Shown: positions 8,798 to 17,570, numbered from the stretch's first letter. The stretch: 32,000 nucleotides of DNA from Bdellovibrionales bacterium (GCA_018266355.1 JAFEAP010000023.1:151758-183757); one strand, 5' to 3'. The notes: generated by a model from the sequence alone, not told the origin. Made by a program: numbers and translations.

Positions 8798-9727
8798 ATG
8801 AAGCCCGCCCGGCTCGTCGACGCCATCGCGAAGTTTCTGGAAGTGCTTGAAATCCAAAGGAAAGTTTCGAGCCACACCCTTCGGGCGTACGCCTCCGACC
8901 TCGCCGAATGGGTCGGGGCGATGGCCGAGCAGGGATTCGCGGATCTCGCGGCGCTCGACCGGGGTTTGAAACCGCTTCACCTCCGCACGTACCTCGCGAA
9001 GAAAGTGGAAACCCACGAGAAGTCGAGCCTTTGCCGGAAGCTCTCGGCGATCCGGAGTTTCCTGAAACATGCGCGCGCGGAGGGATGGCTCACGCGCGAC
9101 GTCGGTTCGCTCGTACCTTCGCCGAAACTCGAGCGGCACCTGCCGAAATTCCTGCGCATCGACGAAGCGGAAGAACTGATCGAAGCGCCGGATACGGCGA
9201 CCGTGCTCGGACGCCGCGATCGCGCGATTTTCGAGCTGATTTACGGCTCCGGACTGCGCGTGAGCGAAGCGGTCGGGCTCGACCGCGGCGCCGTCGATCT
9301 CGGCGAGGGGTGGGTCCGCGTGCTCGGGAAGGGCTCGAAAGAGCGCACGATTCCGGTTTCGCCGGCCGCCGTCGCGGCGATCGATTCGATGCTCGGCGAT
9401 GCCCCGCAGGGCGATCCGGCCGAGGCGCGGCGGGCGCCGCTGTTCACGAATTTCCGCGGGGGAAGGCTCACCTCCCGGAGCGTCGCGCGCATCCTCGCGA
9501 AGCACCTCGTGCGCATCGCCGCGAGCCGGGCGATTTCGCCGCACGGACTTCGTCATTCTTTCGCCACGCACTTGCTCGCGGCGGGCGCGGATTTACGGGG
9601 AATTCAGGAACTTCTCGGCCACGCCCAGCTCTCCACGACCCAGCGCTACACTCACGTCGATTTGGGCGGCCTCGTCGATGAATATCGCGCGGCGCATCCC
9701 CTGGAAAAGGCGCGCAAGCTAAGGTAG
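8798..9727 (+). CDS. xerC: Tyrosine recombinase XerC/XerD-like
   Basis: 309 aa from ATG 8798 (the track ORF from 8207 is over-extended across divergent trmFO). Integrase residues in GSGLRVSEA, GKGSKER, HGLRHSFATHLL, LGHAQLSTTQRYTH. XerC versus XerD is not resolved by eye. Confidence 0.88.
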   Translation: MKPARLVDAIAKFLEVLEIQRKVSSHTLRAYASDLAEWVGAMAEQGFADLAALDRGLKPLHLRTYLAKKVETHEKSSLCRKLSAIRSFLKHARAEGWLTRDVGSLVPSPKLERHLPKFLRIDEAEELIEAPDTATVLGRRDRAIFELIYGSGLRVSEAVGLDRGAVDLGEGWVRVLGKGSKERTIPVSPAAVAAIDSMLGDAPQGDPAEARRAPLFTNFRGGRLTSRSVARILAKHLVRIAASRAISPHGLRHSFATHLLAAGADLRGIQELLGHAQLSTTQRYTHVDLGGLVDEYRAAHPLEKARKLR

Positions 9728-9744
9728 CCTTTTCACCGCACCGC

Positions 9745-10368
9745 ATGGATTGGCTCGTCGATTTCCTCCTTAATTTTTACGGTCCCTGGCCGTACCTGCT
9801 GATTTTCGGAATTCTGCTCCTCTGCGGGTTTGGGCTGCCGGTTCCCGAGGACGTCACGCTCTTCGCGGGGGGGCTGCTCGCGTACTACGGCGTCTGCGAC
9901 CTCTGGCTGATGATCCTCGTTTGCTTCCTCGGCGTGATGCTCGGCGATTCGGCGATGTGGTTCGTCGGCCGCCACTACGGTCGGAAAATCCTGAAGAAGC
10001 CTTTCTTCCATCGCCTCCTACCCGACGAGCGGATCGCGCTCGCGTCCCGAAAACTGAACAGCAAGGGCTCGAAGCGCATGCTCTTCTTCGGGCGATTCAT
10101 GCCGGGGCTTCGCGCCCCGATTTATTTCACGTCGGGACTCCTGCACGTTCCGTACATCCGATTCTTCTCGATGGACGGACTCGCGGCGGCGATCAGCGTC
10201 CCGCTCTTCGTCGGCTCCGTCTATTACTTCGGCGATTCGCTCGATTCCGTCATCCGGTGGATCAAACGCTTCGAGCACGGGATCGTCTTCATCGTGATCG
10301 GCGCGGGACTTTTTCTCGCGTTCCGCTGGTGGCGTTCGCGCCGGACCACGCCCGAGGGGGTCGCGTGA
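9745..10368 (+). CDS. DedA-family membrane protein
   Basis: 207 aa. GFGLPVPEDVTLFAGGLLAYYG, GVMLGDSAMWFVGRHYGRKIL, FFGRFMPGLRAPIYFTSGLL motifs. Confidence 0.9.
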   Translation: MDWLVDFLLNFYGPWPYLLIFGILLLCGFGLPVPEDVTLFAGGLLAYYGVCDLWLMILVCFLGVMLGDSAMWFVGRHYGRKILKKPFFHRLLPDERIALASRKLNSKGSKRMLFFGRFMPGLRAPIYFTSGLLHVPYIRFFSMDGLAAAISVPLFVGSVYYFGDSLDSVIRWIKRFEHGIVFIVIGAGLFLAFRWWRSRRTTPEGVA

Positions 10369-11357
10369 GAGCGCGCCTCGCTTTCGTTTTGCCCGCGATC
10401 GGACTCGGGCTCGCGTTCGCGTTCGGCGGGTGTACTTCCCGTTCGACGCCCGAGCCCGCGAATCCGACGGCCGAAGCGGTGGCGGTCGCGCCCGCCGATG
10501 ACGCGAAGACGAAGCAGGCGATCTTCGATCTCTGCCGGAAGATGGACGAGTCGATCGCGCCGTTCAGGTGGGACCTGAAAACCTGCGCGGACATCCCGTG
10601 GCGCACGGACCGGAATTCCGAGGAGGGCCGCCCGCTCATCTACGCCGAGTTCGGCGAACCGACGAGCGCGAACAAGACGCTCATCCTCGCGATGGTCCAC
10701 CCCGACGAGATCACGCCGCTCTACCTCGGCTTCCAGCTCGCGCAGTACTTCCGCGCGCACGAGTCCGAACTGAAGGACGCGCACGTCGTCGTCGCGCCGT
10801 TCGTGAATCCGGACGGGTTCTTCCGCAAACCGCGGACGCGGATGAACGCCCGGGGCGTCGACGTGAACCGGAATTTCGATACTCCGCTCTGGCGGGAGAA
10901 GGCCGTGAAGGAGTGGAACACGAAGCTCGGGAAGAACCCGCGCCGTTTCCCCGGCAACGCGCCGAACTCCGAAGCCGAGACGAAGTTCCAAGTCGACCTG
11001 ATCGAGCGCTTCAAACCGGCGAAAATCCTTTCGATCCACGCGCCGCTGAACGTGATGGACTACGACGGCCCGACGAGCCTCACCCTCGATCGCTTCGCGA
11101 AAGAGTACGTGCACGAGTGCTACCAGCTCCGGAACCGCATCCGCGCGAAAATGACCGGATATTTCCCGGGTTCGCTCGGGAATTATTCGGGCGTCGAACG
11201 GGGTATCCCGACGGTCACCCTCGAACTCCCGTCCGCGAATCCGAAGCTCGCGGAAGCGTATTGGAAGAAGTTCCAGCCCGGGATCCACTCGATGGTCGAC
11301 TTCAAGTTCGAGAACGACGATCGGAAGATCGTGACGAATCCGCCCCGTCGTAAATAG
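10365..11357 (+). CDS. M14-family zinc carboxypeptidase-like lipoprotein (MpaA-like)
   Basis: 330 aa from GTG 10365 overlapping the dedA stop. Lipobox LAFAFGGC. M14-like blocks HPDEITPLY, VNPDGFFRK, NARGVDVNRNFD, ILSIHAPLNVMDYDG. Confidence 0.75.
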   Translation: MRARLAFVLPAIGLGLAFAFGGCTSRSTPEPANPTAEAVAVAPADDAKTKQAIFDLCRKMDESIAPFRWDLKTCADIPWRTDRNSEEGRPLIYAEFGEPTSANKTLILAMVHPDEITPLYLGFQLAQYFRAHESELKDAHVVVAPFVNPDGFFRKPRTRMNARGVDVNRNFDTPLWREKAVKEWNTKLGKNPRRFPGNAPNSEAETKFQVDLIERFKPAKILSIHAPLNVMDYDGPTSLTLDRFAKEYVHECYQLRNRIRAKMTGYFPGSLGNYSGVERGIPTVTLELPSANPKLAEAYWKKFQPGIHSMVDFKFENDDRKIVTNPPRRK

Positions 11358-11384
11358 GCTCGCCCGACCGTAGCGAGGCGGGCT
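11357..11384. terminator. Possible bidirectional terminator between convergent genes
   Basis: Imperfect inverted repeat GGCTCGCCCG...GAGGCGGGCT between convergent stops, followed by TTCTAGTT. Confidence 0.35.
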
Positions 11385-11387
11385 GTT

Positions 11388-12560
11388 CTAGTTCGGAAGC
11401 TTCGTGACGAGATCCGCGCGGACCCAAGCCGTGCGATCGGAAGAACCGATGCGCGGGCTTTCGATCTTCATCCATCCGTCCTTCTCTTCGACGAGATTCG
11501 CGACGGCGGAGCGGTCGAGCGTCTGGACGGCGGTTCCCTGCATTCCGGGCGAGGCGCGGAGCACGGCGCGCGGCACGCGGACGATCACCGTCGTCCGGAC
11601 GTTCTCGGCGCGGACGGCGGAGTTCGCCTTCGACCGGATCGAATCGGCTTCGGTCGGGGCGGACGGAGCGGAGGGCGCGATCACCGGCGAAAGCGCTTGT
11701 TTGCCCTCGTGATAGAGGTAGATGCCCGAACCGATCGCGAGGACGATCGCGACCCAAAGCGCGATCATCGGACGCAGGCTCGCGCGGTATTCGGAGACGG
11801 CCTTCTCGGAAGCGAGCGTCGACTCGATGATCGGGTCGACGGACGAGCTCGTGTCGATCACTTCGACGGCTTCCGGCGGCGGGTTCATCACGGTCACGTC
11901 GACTTCCATGTCGTCGATCGCTCCTTCGGCCGAGATCGCGTTCACGGTCGGGATTTCGTCGATCGCGTCGTCGTCGAGCTCGGACGGGAACGCGCGCTCG
12001 ATCAGGTCGATCGGGGTGACCGTCGGCTTCAGCAGGAACGCGGGCGGCTTCGCGTAGGCGAAGACCGGGGGCGCGGCGGCGACGTCGTCTTCGATCGCGT
12101 TCGCGTCGGCGATCGCGATGGATTCGAAAGAGGGCACGAACGGCGGCGGAGCGCTCGGGCGGGTCACGATCGCATCCATCGCCATGTTCATCGTCATCAT
12201 CGCCGCGTTCGGCGGCGGCGGCGTCGCGGATCGGGCGGACGGAGACGGCGCGGGCGCGATCGCGTCGATCTTCGCCGCGATCTTCGTCGCGTTCGAGAGT
12301 TTGTCAGTCAGATCGCGGATCTGCGATTCCATCGATTGGATCTTCGTCGTCGCGTTCGCGGTCTGGGTGAGCCGGAGTTCGACTTCGAGCTGGGCTTCTT
12401 CCTCGAGGCGGCGCGCCTTCACATAATCGGCGAGAACCGCGCTCCGATGGACGAGCGCCATACCTTTGCACTTCGCGCAGCGGACGTAGGCCTTCTTCGT
12501 GTTCTCGAAGTCGATGCCGGCGGTGACCAGTTCTTCGCAGTGAGGGCAGTTCCAACGCAT
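11388..12560 (-). CDS. N-terminal zinc-ribbon, coiled-coil, acidic/Pro-rich linker, TM and C-terminal SH3b-like domain protein
   Basis: 390 aa from ATG 12560 (track starts at 12728). MRWNCPHCEELV...VRCAKCKGMAL, coiled coil, ASLRPMIALWVAIVLAIGSGIYLY TM, then VPRAVLRASPGMQGTAVQTLDRSAVANLVEEKDGWMKIESP...GRTAWVRADLV-like SH3. Confidence 0.65.
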   Translation of the reverse strand: MRWNCPHCEELVTAGIDFENTKKAYVRCAKCKGMALVHRSAVLADYVKARRLEEEAQLEVELRLTQTANATTKIQSMESQIRDLTDKLSNATKIAAKIDAIAPAPSPSARSATPPPPNAAMMTMNMAMDAIVTRPSAPPPFVPSFESIAIADANAIEDDVAAAPPVFAYAKPPAFLLKPTVTPIDLIERAFPSELDDDAIDEIPTVNAISAEGAIDDMEVDVTVMNPPPEAVEVIDTSSSVDPIIESTLASEKAVSEYRASLRPMIALWVAIVLAIGSGIYLYHEGKQALSPVIAPSAPSAPTEADSIRSKANSAVRAENVRTTVIVRVPRAVLRASPGMQGTAVQTLDRSAVANLVEEKDGWMKIESPRIGSSDRTAWVRADLVTKLPN

Positions 12561-12783
12561 GGTTCTTCTCCAGTTCCTATCTTCTAGGATCGAAGAAGGA
12601 GGGGATCGGAACAATCGGTAGAATCTGCCTCTATATAATGAGGACGACGGGGCAATTTCTGCCGAGCGGGAGTCCGCGTTTTCTCCGTACTGGACTCCGG
12701 TGAGGTCGAATATAACGCGATAAGTCAAATCTCTGACCCCGAACCCCCGATGGGGCTCGTTTACCGCTTATCCCGGAGTTTTT

Positions 12784-13107
12784 ATGAAAATCGCGTTCGT
12801 CCTCGCCGCCCTCGTCGTTTCGTCCGTCCCGAACTTCGCTTTCGCCGCCACCGAAGTCGTGTGCGAAGCGGCCACGATCGTCACGAACCCGGGCGGAGAC
12901 GGCTCGACCCAAACCCAGGGCGACGATGACGGCGAAAAGATCAACAAGCGGATCGCCGAGCTCCAAGCCCAAGGCAAGAAGGTCCAAATCAAGGCCCTCA
13001 CGTCCTCCGCGGCCGCGCTTTCGCCAGCGGCGGCGCTGAACCAAAGCCGTCAAATCGTGACGAAGGGATTCATGTACTCGAAGAACTGCGCGGCGCTCGA
13101 ATACTGA
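12784..13107 (+). CDS. Small secreted hypothetical protein
   Basis: 107 aa with clear signal peptide MKIAFVLAALVVSSVPNFAFA and GGAG-like upstream sequence (CCCGGAGTTTTTATG). Confidence 0.6.
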   Translation: MKIAFVLAALVVSSVPNFAFAATEVVCEAATIVTNPGGDGSTQTQGDDDGEKINKRIAELQAQGKKVQIKALTSSAAALSPAAALNQSRQIVTKGFMYSKNCAALEY

Positions 13108-13122
13108 GCGCGCGTAGATGGC

Positions 13123-13914
13123 TTACGTGCCCGTAGGAGATTCGACCGACGGCGGTAACGCCGTGGCCGACGGGCCCGCGGGCCCGGCCGTTTCGTCGAA
13201 GATCCGAATGACGACGCGGCGATTGCGATCGTTCGCGGTCGTCTCGTCGACGGCGGCCGGATCGCGTGCGGGCTCGACTTCCGGCCGCGTGTCCGCATAA
13301 CCGATCGCCACCAGGCGCTTCGGATCGAAACCGTGGTCGATGAACGCGCGCACGACGCGCGCGGCGCGGGCGCTCGAGAGTTCCCAGTTCGAAGGATACG
13401 GACCGGAGAGGATCTTCCGCGAGTCGGTGTGCCCTTCGACGGCGACCTTGAACTGCTTGTGTTCGGCGGTTTGGATACGGGAAATCTCGGCGAAGAACGG
13501 TTCGAGGGTCTTCGCGCCTTCGGGCGAAATCTCCGACGAGAGCGTGTCGAAGAAGGTCGTCGATTGGAAGACGAGCGAGACGCCGTCGGCGCCGAAGCGC
13601 ACGGCGGCTTCCTTCTCGAGGCCGTTTTTCTCGATCACTTGGTGGAGGAAACGCGCGTACTCGGCGTTCGCCGACTTGAAATCGCCGCCGAACTGCTTCG
13701 CGACCGACTCGCGCACCTTCTCGTACTTCGTCGCATCGAGCTTCGCGAACGAGAAGAGCATGATGAAGAAGCCGCAGAGGAGCGTCATGATGTCCGCGTA
13801 GGACATCAGCCAGTTCGACTCGTCGTGGCCGGCGGCGTGGAGATACGGATCGATCTCCGGGTGCCGGCTCTGCTCGACGACTTCGGGTTGCTTCTTTCTA
13901 TCCAGCCAGCCCAT
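13123..13914 (-). CDS. motB: MotB-like stator protein with OmpA-like peptidoglycan-binding domain
   Basis: 263 aa. NWLMSYADIMTLLCGFFIMLFSFAKLD ion-channel helix; VAVEGHTDSRK...NWELSSARAARVVRAFIDHG and YADTRPEVE OmpA-like motifs. Confidence 0.9.
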   Translation of the reverse strand: MGWLDRKKQPEVVEQSRHPEIDPYLHAAGHDESNWLMSYADIMTLLCGFFIMLFSFAKLDATKYEKVRESVAKQFGGDFKSANAEYARFLHQVIEKNGLEKEAAVRFGADGVSLVFQSTTFFDTLSSEISPEGAKTLEPFFAEISRIQTAEHKQFKVAVEGHTDSRKILSGPYPSNWELSSARAARVVRAFIDHGFDPKRLVAIGYADTRPEVEPARDPAAVDETTANDRNRRVVIRIFDETAGPAGPSATALPPSVESPTGT

Positions 13915-13921
13915 ATCGGAT

Positions 13922-14704
13922 TTACGCCGCCTTCTTCAGGACGCGTTCGCCCGGGAGGAGGAACGAGTTCAGCCCTTCGCGCATCGCGACCGGGTTCACT
14001 TGGGACTTCAGCATGACCGCGCCTTCCATCATGATCCGGCGGAGGTTCATCTCCTCGCGCGTGCGCTCGGTCAGGTTCTCCGCGATCGGGAGGAAGACGA
14101 GGTTCGCGAGCGCGATCCCGTAAAGGGTGCCGATGAGGCCGACGGACATCGCCGGGCCGATCAGCGACTGGGAATTCGGTTGGCCGATCTTCTGGAGGAC
14201 GCCGATCATCCCGAGCGTCGTCGCGAGGAGGCCGAACGCCGGCGGGAAACGCCCGATCGTGCGGAACATGTTCGCCTCGAGCAGGTAACGGCCCTCGATC
14301 GTCTTGATCCGCTGTTCGAGCGTCGAACGGATCTCCTTGTCGGTGAGGACGCCGCCGGCGACGAGCGTGACGGCTTCCTTCAGGAACGGGTGCGAGATCG
14401 CGTTCGCGGCTTCCTTCAGCGTCGGCAGGCCCATCGCGGCCTTGCGATTCAATTCGAGGAGCTGCGAGATCGCGCCCTGGTAGTCGACGGCGTTCCGGCC
14501 GAGCACCCGGTTCACGAAGACTTTCGTGAGGGCGAAAATCTTGGAAAGCGGGAAACTGATCGACGTCGCGGCGAACGTCCCGCCGATGACGATCAGGATG
14601 CCGTGAAAATCGAGGAAGAACCCGAGATTGTCCGTCGTGGCGGTCATCGCGCCGTACATCACGCCGAGTCCGACGAGGAGCCCGAAGAGGGAAGAGGGAT
14701 TCAT
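13922..14704 (-). CDS. motA: MotA/PomA-like stator protein
   Basis: Track ORF starts at 14743. The likely ATG is 14704 (MNPSSLFGLLVGLGVMYGAM). DFHGILIVIGGTFAATSISFP, FRTIGRFPPAFGLLATTLGMIGVL, GLIGTLYGIALANLVFLPIAENL. Confidence 0.9.
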   Translation of the reverse strand: MNPSSLFGLLVGLGVMYGAMTATTDNLGFFLDFHGILIVIGGTFAATSISFPLSKIFALTKVFVNRVLGRNAVDYQGAISQLLELNRKAAMGLPTLKEAANAISHPFLKEAVTLVAGGVLTDKEIRSTLEQRIKTIEGRYLLEANMFRTIGRFPPAFGLLATTLGMIGVLQKIGQPNSQSLIGPAMSVGLIGTLYGIALANLVFLPIAENLTERTREEMNLRRIMMEGAVMLKSQVNPVAMREGLNSFLLPGERVLKKAA

Positions 14705-15201
14705 GCGGCCTTCTTTCCGTCGCCCTTCAAGGCGACCTTCCAAAGCTGGTACTGGGTATCGACGTAGTTATCGTCGAGGCTGCGCAGGCGCTTCGCGAGC
14801 TCCTGGGTGCAGCGGCGGTAGAACTCGCACTTAGCGGTTTCGTTCTGGGCGAGGAAGCGCTGGAACACTTCCGCGGGAAGATGGAACGCCTTCACGGCGG
14901 TCAGCGCCTGGACGGTGGCCGAACGGGGAGCATCGTCGACGAGGGACATCTCGCCGAACGAATGGCCCGCCCGAAGCTGGGCGATCTCGACGAGGTCGCC
15001 CGAGGCGCGGTTCGTCTTGAAGATTCCGACCTGGCCTTCCATGACGAAGAAGAGCCCGCCCGAAGGCTCCCCTTCGATCACCATGAGGGTGAGCGCGTCG
15101 TAGGTGAGGATCTCGCCGCTCTTCAGGAACGTCTCGAGGTCCGCGTCCGAAAACGCGGCGAGGAGCTTCACTTCGCGGAGGTGGGCTGCGGTCATGTTCA
15201 T
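14701..15201 (-). CDS. Cyclic-nucleotide-binding (CNMP) domain protein
   Basis: 166 aa. GLFFVMEGQVGIFK, ELxxGHSFGEMSLVDDAPRSATVQALTAVKAFHLP, the canonical phosphate-binding cassette. No HTH recognised. 4-nt overlaps with both neighbours. Confidence 0.88.
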   Translation of the reverse strand: MNMTAAHLREVKLLAAFSDADLETFLKSGEILTYDALTLMVIEGEPSGGLFFVMEGQVGIFKTNRASGDLVEIAQLRAGHSFGEMSLVDDAPRSATVQALTAVKAFHLPAEVFQRFLAQNETAKCEFYRRCTQELAKRLRSLDDNYVDTQYQLWKVALKGDGKKAA

Positions 15202-17570
15202 GAGGCCTTCCGGATCGAAGCGACGTTATTCGAGGCGTAAGCCGCGAAGAGGCGGTCGTTCACGTCGGCGAGGTTCACGAGCGTGTCCTGGGCCATCATC
15301 TTCACGCGGTTCAGCACCTTGCGTTCGAGCGCACCGTAGATGTCGCGGCTCGGGTTCTGCATGACCGCGAGTTCCTCCTCGAGGTCGCTCACGAGGTCGC
15401 GCGGACACTTCGCGAAGACGGAACCGCGGATGTCGTCGCGGCAACCCTTCAGGAAGTTCAGCAGCTCGTCGTGGCGCAGGCTCAGGATCACCTCGAGCAG
15501 CTGGCCGTCCGGGAGGAAGGCGAGCGTGTCGACGGATACGAGCTTGTGCTTAACGACCCGGGCGCTCTCCGGGTTGTTCATCTCGAGGTTGCGGACGACC
15601 GATTGCTGCACGGTCGGTTCGCTGCGCTCGAGCAGGTTCACGAGCACCTCGCTGCCCGGCAGGGCTTCGGTGTTCAGCCGCGGGTTTTCCATCCGCTTCC
15701 GCTTGAGGGCGTTCGCGACGTTCTGGATGTAGTCGCGCGGGAGGTAGTCGATCCGCGAAAGCTCGGCGAGGAGTTTCAAGCGGGTCGCCTCGTCGATCGC
15801 GCCGAAGATCGCCGCCCGCTTCTGGTTATCGCACTGGGTGAGCACGATCGCCTTCACGGTGAGGGACTCGTTCCGCACGAGTTCCATGATCTGCATGCCG
15901 TCCATCTCCGCGAGGTAGTCGAACTGGGCGGAGGAGCGGGAAGCGACGACGGCCATCTTGCCGGCGACCGTCCGATGATGGAGCTTCTTCAGGAGTTCGA
16001 GTTTCTCGGCGTCGTCGAGTTCGATCGGCGTGCGCGCGTAGAATTCCATCAGCTCGTTCAAGTCGTGCTGGAGCGAGGGATCGCGAAGGAGATCGAGGAC
16101 TACGCTTTCGCCGAAGATCGAGAGGTAAGCCGACGTCGTCTCGATGCCTTCCTCGGTGAGGATCCGGCCGAAGACGTATTTAGCCACGCGCGGTTGCTCG
16201 GCGAAAATGCCCATGAGTTCGTCGCGGAGGCGATCGATCTCATAGCGGCGCCCGATCGAGGATCCGCCGTTCGACGGCGGGGCTCCTTCGGGCGGGGCGA
16301 GGTTCGCGAGCGTCGCCTCGCCGCCGGAAGCCGGCAGCGCCGGCATCGGAGCGGCGGCCATCGGCATGTTCTTCGTCTCGATCGTCGTCTTCGATCGAAG
16401 CGTCGAGAAGGCGATGAAGCCGAGGAGGCCGAGGATGATCGCGGCGAAAATCGAGGCGTAGGTGCGCATCGTCTTGAATTCGGTGGTGAGCGCGTCTCCG
16501 TTTTCGATGCGTTCGATCTTCTCGAAGTGCTGGAAGTTCTCGGTTCGCTGGTCCTTCGTCACGTTCGATTCGCGGTCGGTGCGGTTCGTCGAGTCCGAGC
16601 TCGTCGTCCGGTTGTTCGCTTCGGAGGTCGACGCCGTGCGGTTATCCGTGGTGTTGTGGTTCTGTTGGTTGTAGTTTTCCGTGCGTTTCGATTCGAGGGA
16701 TTCCTTCGAATCCCGGCTCTGGGTCTTCGCGTAGGTCTTTCCGTCGGCGCCGACGTAAGTCGGCATACCGGCGAACTCGGATCCTTCGTTCGCGATGCGC
16801 GGAAATTTCATCGCCTTTGCGCGGAGGTCGGAATTCTTGAAGTCGCCGACTTTCAGCTGGGCCATCTCGAGGATGTTCGCACGGTCGCCGTCCGGAATCG
16901 CCTCCTCCATGAGGAGGGTCGCGCCGATCGATTTCACCCGCACGGCGACGCCGGCGGTCTCGAAGTACTCGCCCGCGGTGCCGTAGCCGGCTTCCTCGGC
17001 GTTCACGAGTTCGGTCTGGAGCTCGTAGTCGGAAAGCATGCAGTCCTTCGGGCAAACCTTCGCGATGACTTCCTCGATCGCCCCCTTGTACTGCTTCGTG
17101 ATCCGGTCGCGGAGTTCGGTGACTTTCGCCGCGCTTTCGGCGGGCGACGGGAAGCGCGCGGTTTTCGTCGCGACTTTCACCGGGTAGTCGAGGGTCTCGA
17201 GGTAGCGGTTCACGAGGTCGAGGACCCGCGTGCGGGTGTTCGGGCCGATTTTCTCGTCGATGAGGACTTTCACTTCGGCCGAGGCCGGTTCGAGCTCGCC
17301 GCGCGCGCCGGCGTCGACTTCGTCGAATCCCGGGGCGATCGTGTCGGCGGAGGCGACGTCGACGTCGACGTCGATCGAGAGGAGTTTGCACTCGTCGGAG
17401 CAGTACTTCATGAAAACGGGATCGACGATCGCGTGGATCGCGGTGCGCGCGGTCTTCTTCACTGATTCGATCGCGGCGGTCGTGCCGGAATCCTTGGCGT
17501 GGGCCGGGGCGGCAAAGACCGCCGCCGAGGCGAGGAGGGATAAATAGAGGATCGACGACTTCGTTTTCAT
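15198..17570 (-). CDS. Signal peptide + duplicated CxxxC periplasmic region + TM + FliG-like cytoplasmic C-terminal domain protein
   Basis: 790 aa. MKTKSSILYLSLLASAAVFAAPAHA signal. Periplasmic part with FliF/YscJ-reminiscent ASAEVKVLIDEKIGPNTRTRVLDLVNRYLETLDYPVKVATKTARFP. TM YASIFAAIILGLLGFIAFSTL. C-terminal VVKHKLVSVDTLAFLPDGQLLEVILSLRHDELLNFLKGCRDDIRGSVFAKCPRDLVSDLEEELAVM resembling the FliG C-terminal domain. Confidence 0.75.
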   Translation of the reverse strand: MKTKSSILYLSLLASAAVFAAPAHAKDSGTTAAIESVKKTARTAIHAIVDPVFMKYCSDECKLLSIDVDVDVASADTIAPGFDEVDAGARGELEPASAEVKVLIDEKIGPNTRTRVLDLVNRYLETLDYPVKVATKTARFPSPAESAAKVTELRDRITKQYKGAIEEVIAKVCPKDCMLSDYELQTELVNAEEAGYGTAGEYFETAGVAVRVKSIGATLLMEEAIPDGDRANILEMAQLKVGDFKNSDLRAKAMKFPRIANEGSEFAGMPTYVGADGKTYAKTQSRDSKESLESKRTENYNQQNHNTTDNRTASTSEANNRTTSSDSTNRTDRESNVTKDQRTENFQHFEKIERIENGDALTTEFKTMRTYASIFAAIILGLLGFIAFSTLRSKTTIETKNMPMAAAPMPALPASGGEATLANLAPPEGAPPSNGGSSIGRRYEIDRLRDELMGIFAEQPRVAKYVFGRILTEEGIETTSAYLSIFGESVVLDLLRDPSLQHDLNELMEFYARTPIELDDAEKLELLKKLHHRTVAGKMAVVASRSSAQFDYLAEMDGMQIMELVRNESLTVKAIVLTQCDNQKRAAIFGAIDEATRLKLLAELSRIDYLPRDYIQNVANALKRKRMENPRLNTEALPGSEVLVNLLERSEPTVQQSVVRNLEMNNPESARVVKHKLVSVDTLAFLPDGQLLEVILSLRHDELLNFLKGCRDDIRGSVFAKCPRDLVSDLEEELAVMQNPSRDIYGALERKVLNRVKMMAQDTLVNLADVNDRLFAAYASNNVASIRKAS

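Noticed and set aside
8798-9727. Tyrosine recombinase as evidence for a mobile element or integron
   Set aside because: The gene sits next to trmFO and dedA with no att site, cargo or gene cassettes; a housekeeping Xer recombinase is the simpler reading.
9921-10364. N-terminal extension of the M14 peptidase ORF
   Set aside because: Out-of-frame overlap with dedA; a signal peptide with lipobox starts at GTG 10365.
13123-14704. motAB as a phage-defence Zorya-type module
   Set aside because: No ZorC/ZorD/ZorE helicase- or nuclease-like partners. MotB carries an ordinary OmpA-like domain and the neighbours are envelope proteins.
15471-17465. 664-aa plus-strand ORF antisense to the FliG-like gene
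   Set aside because: Composition (EVAD/RR repeats) and lack of domain features mark it as a GC-driven shadow ORF.
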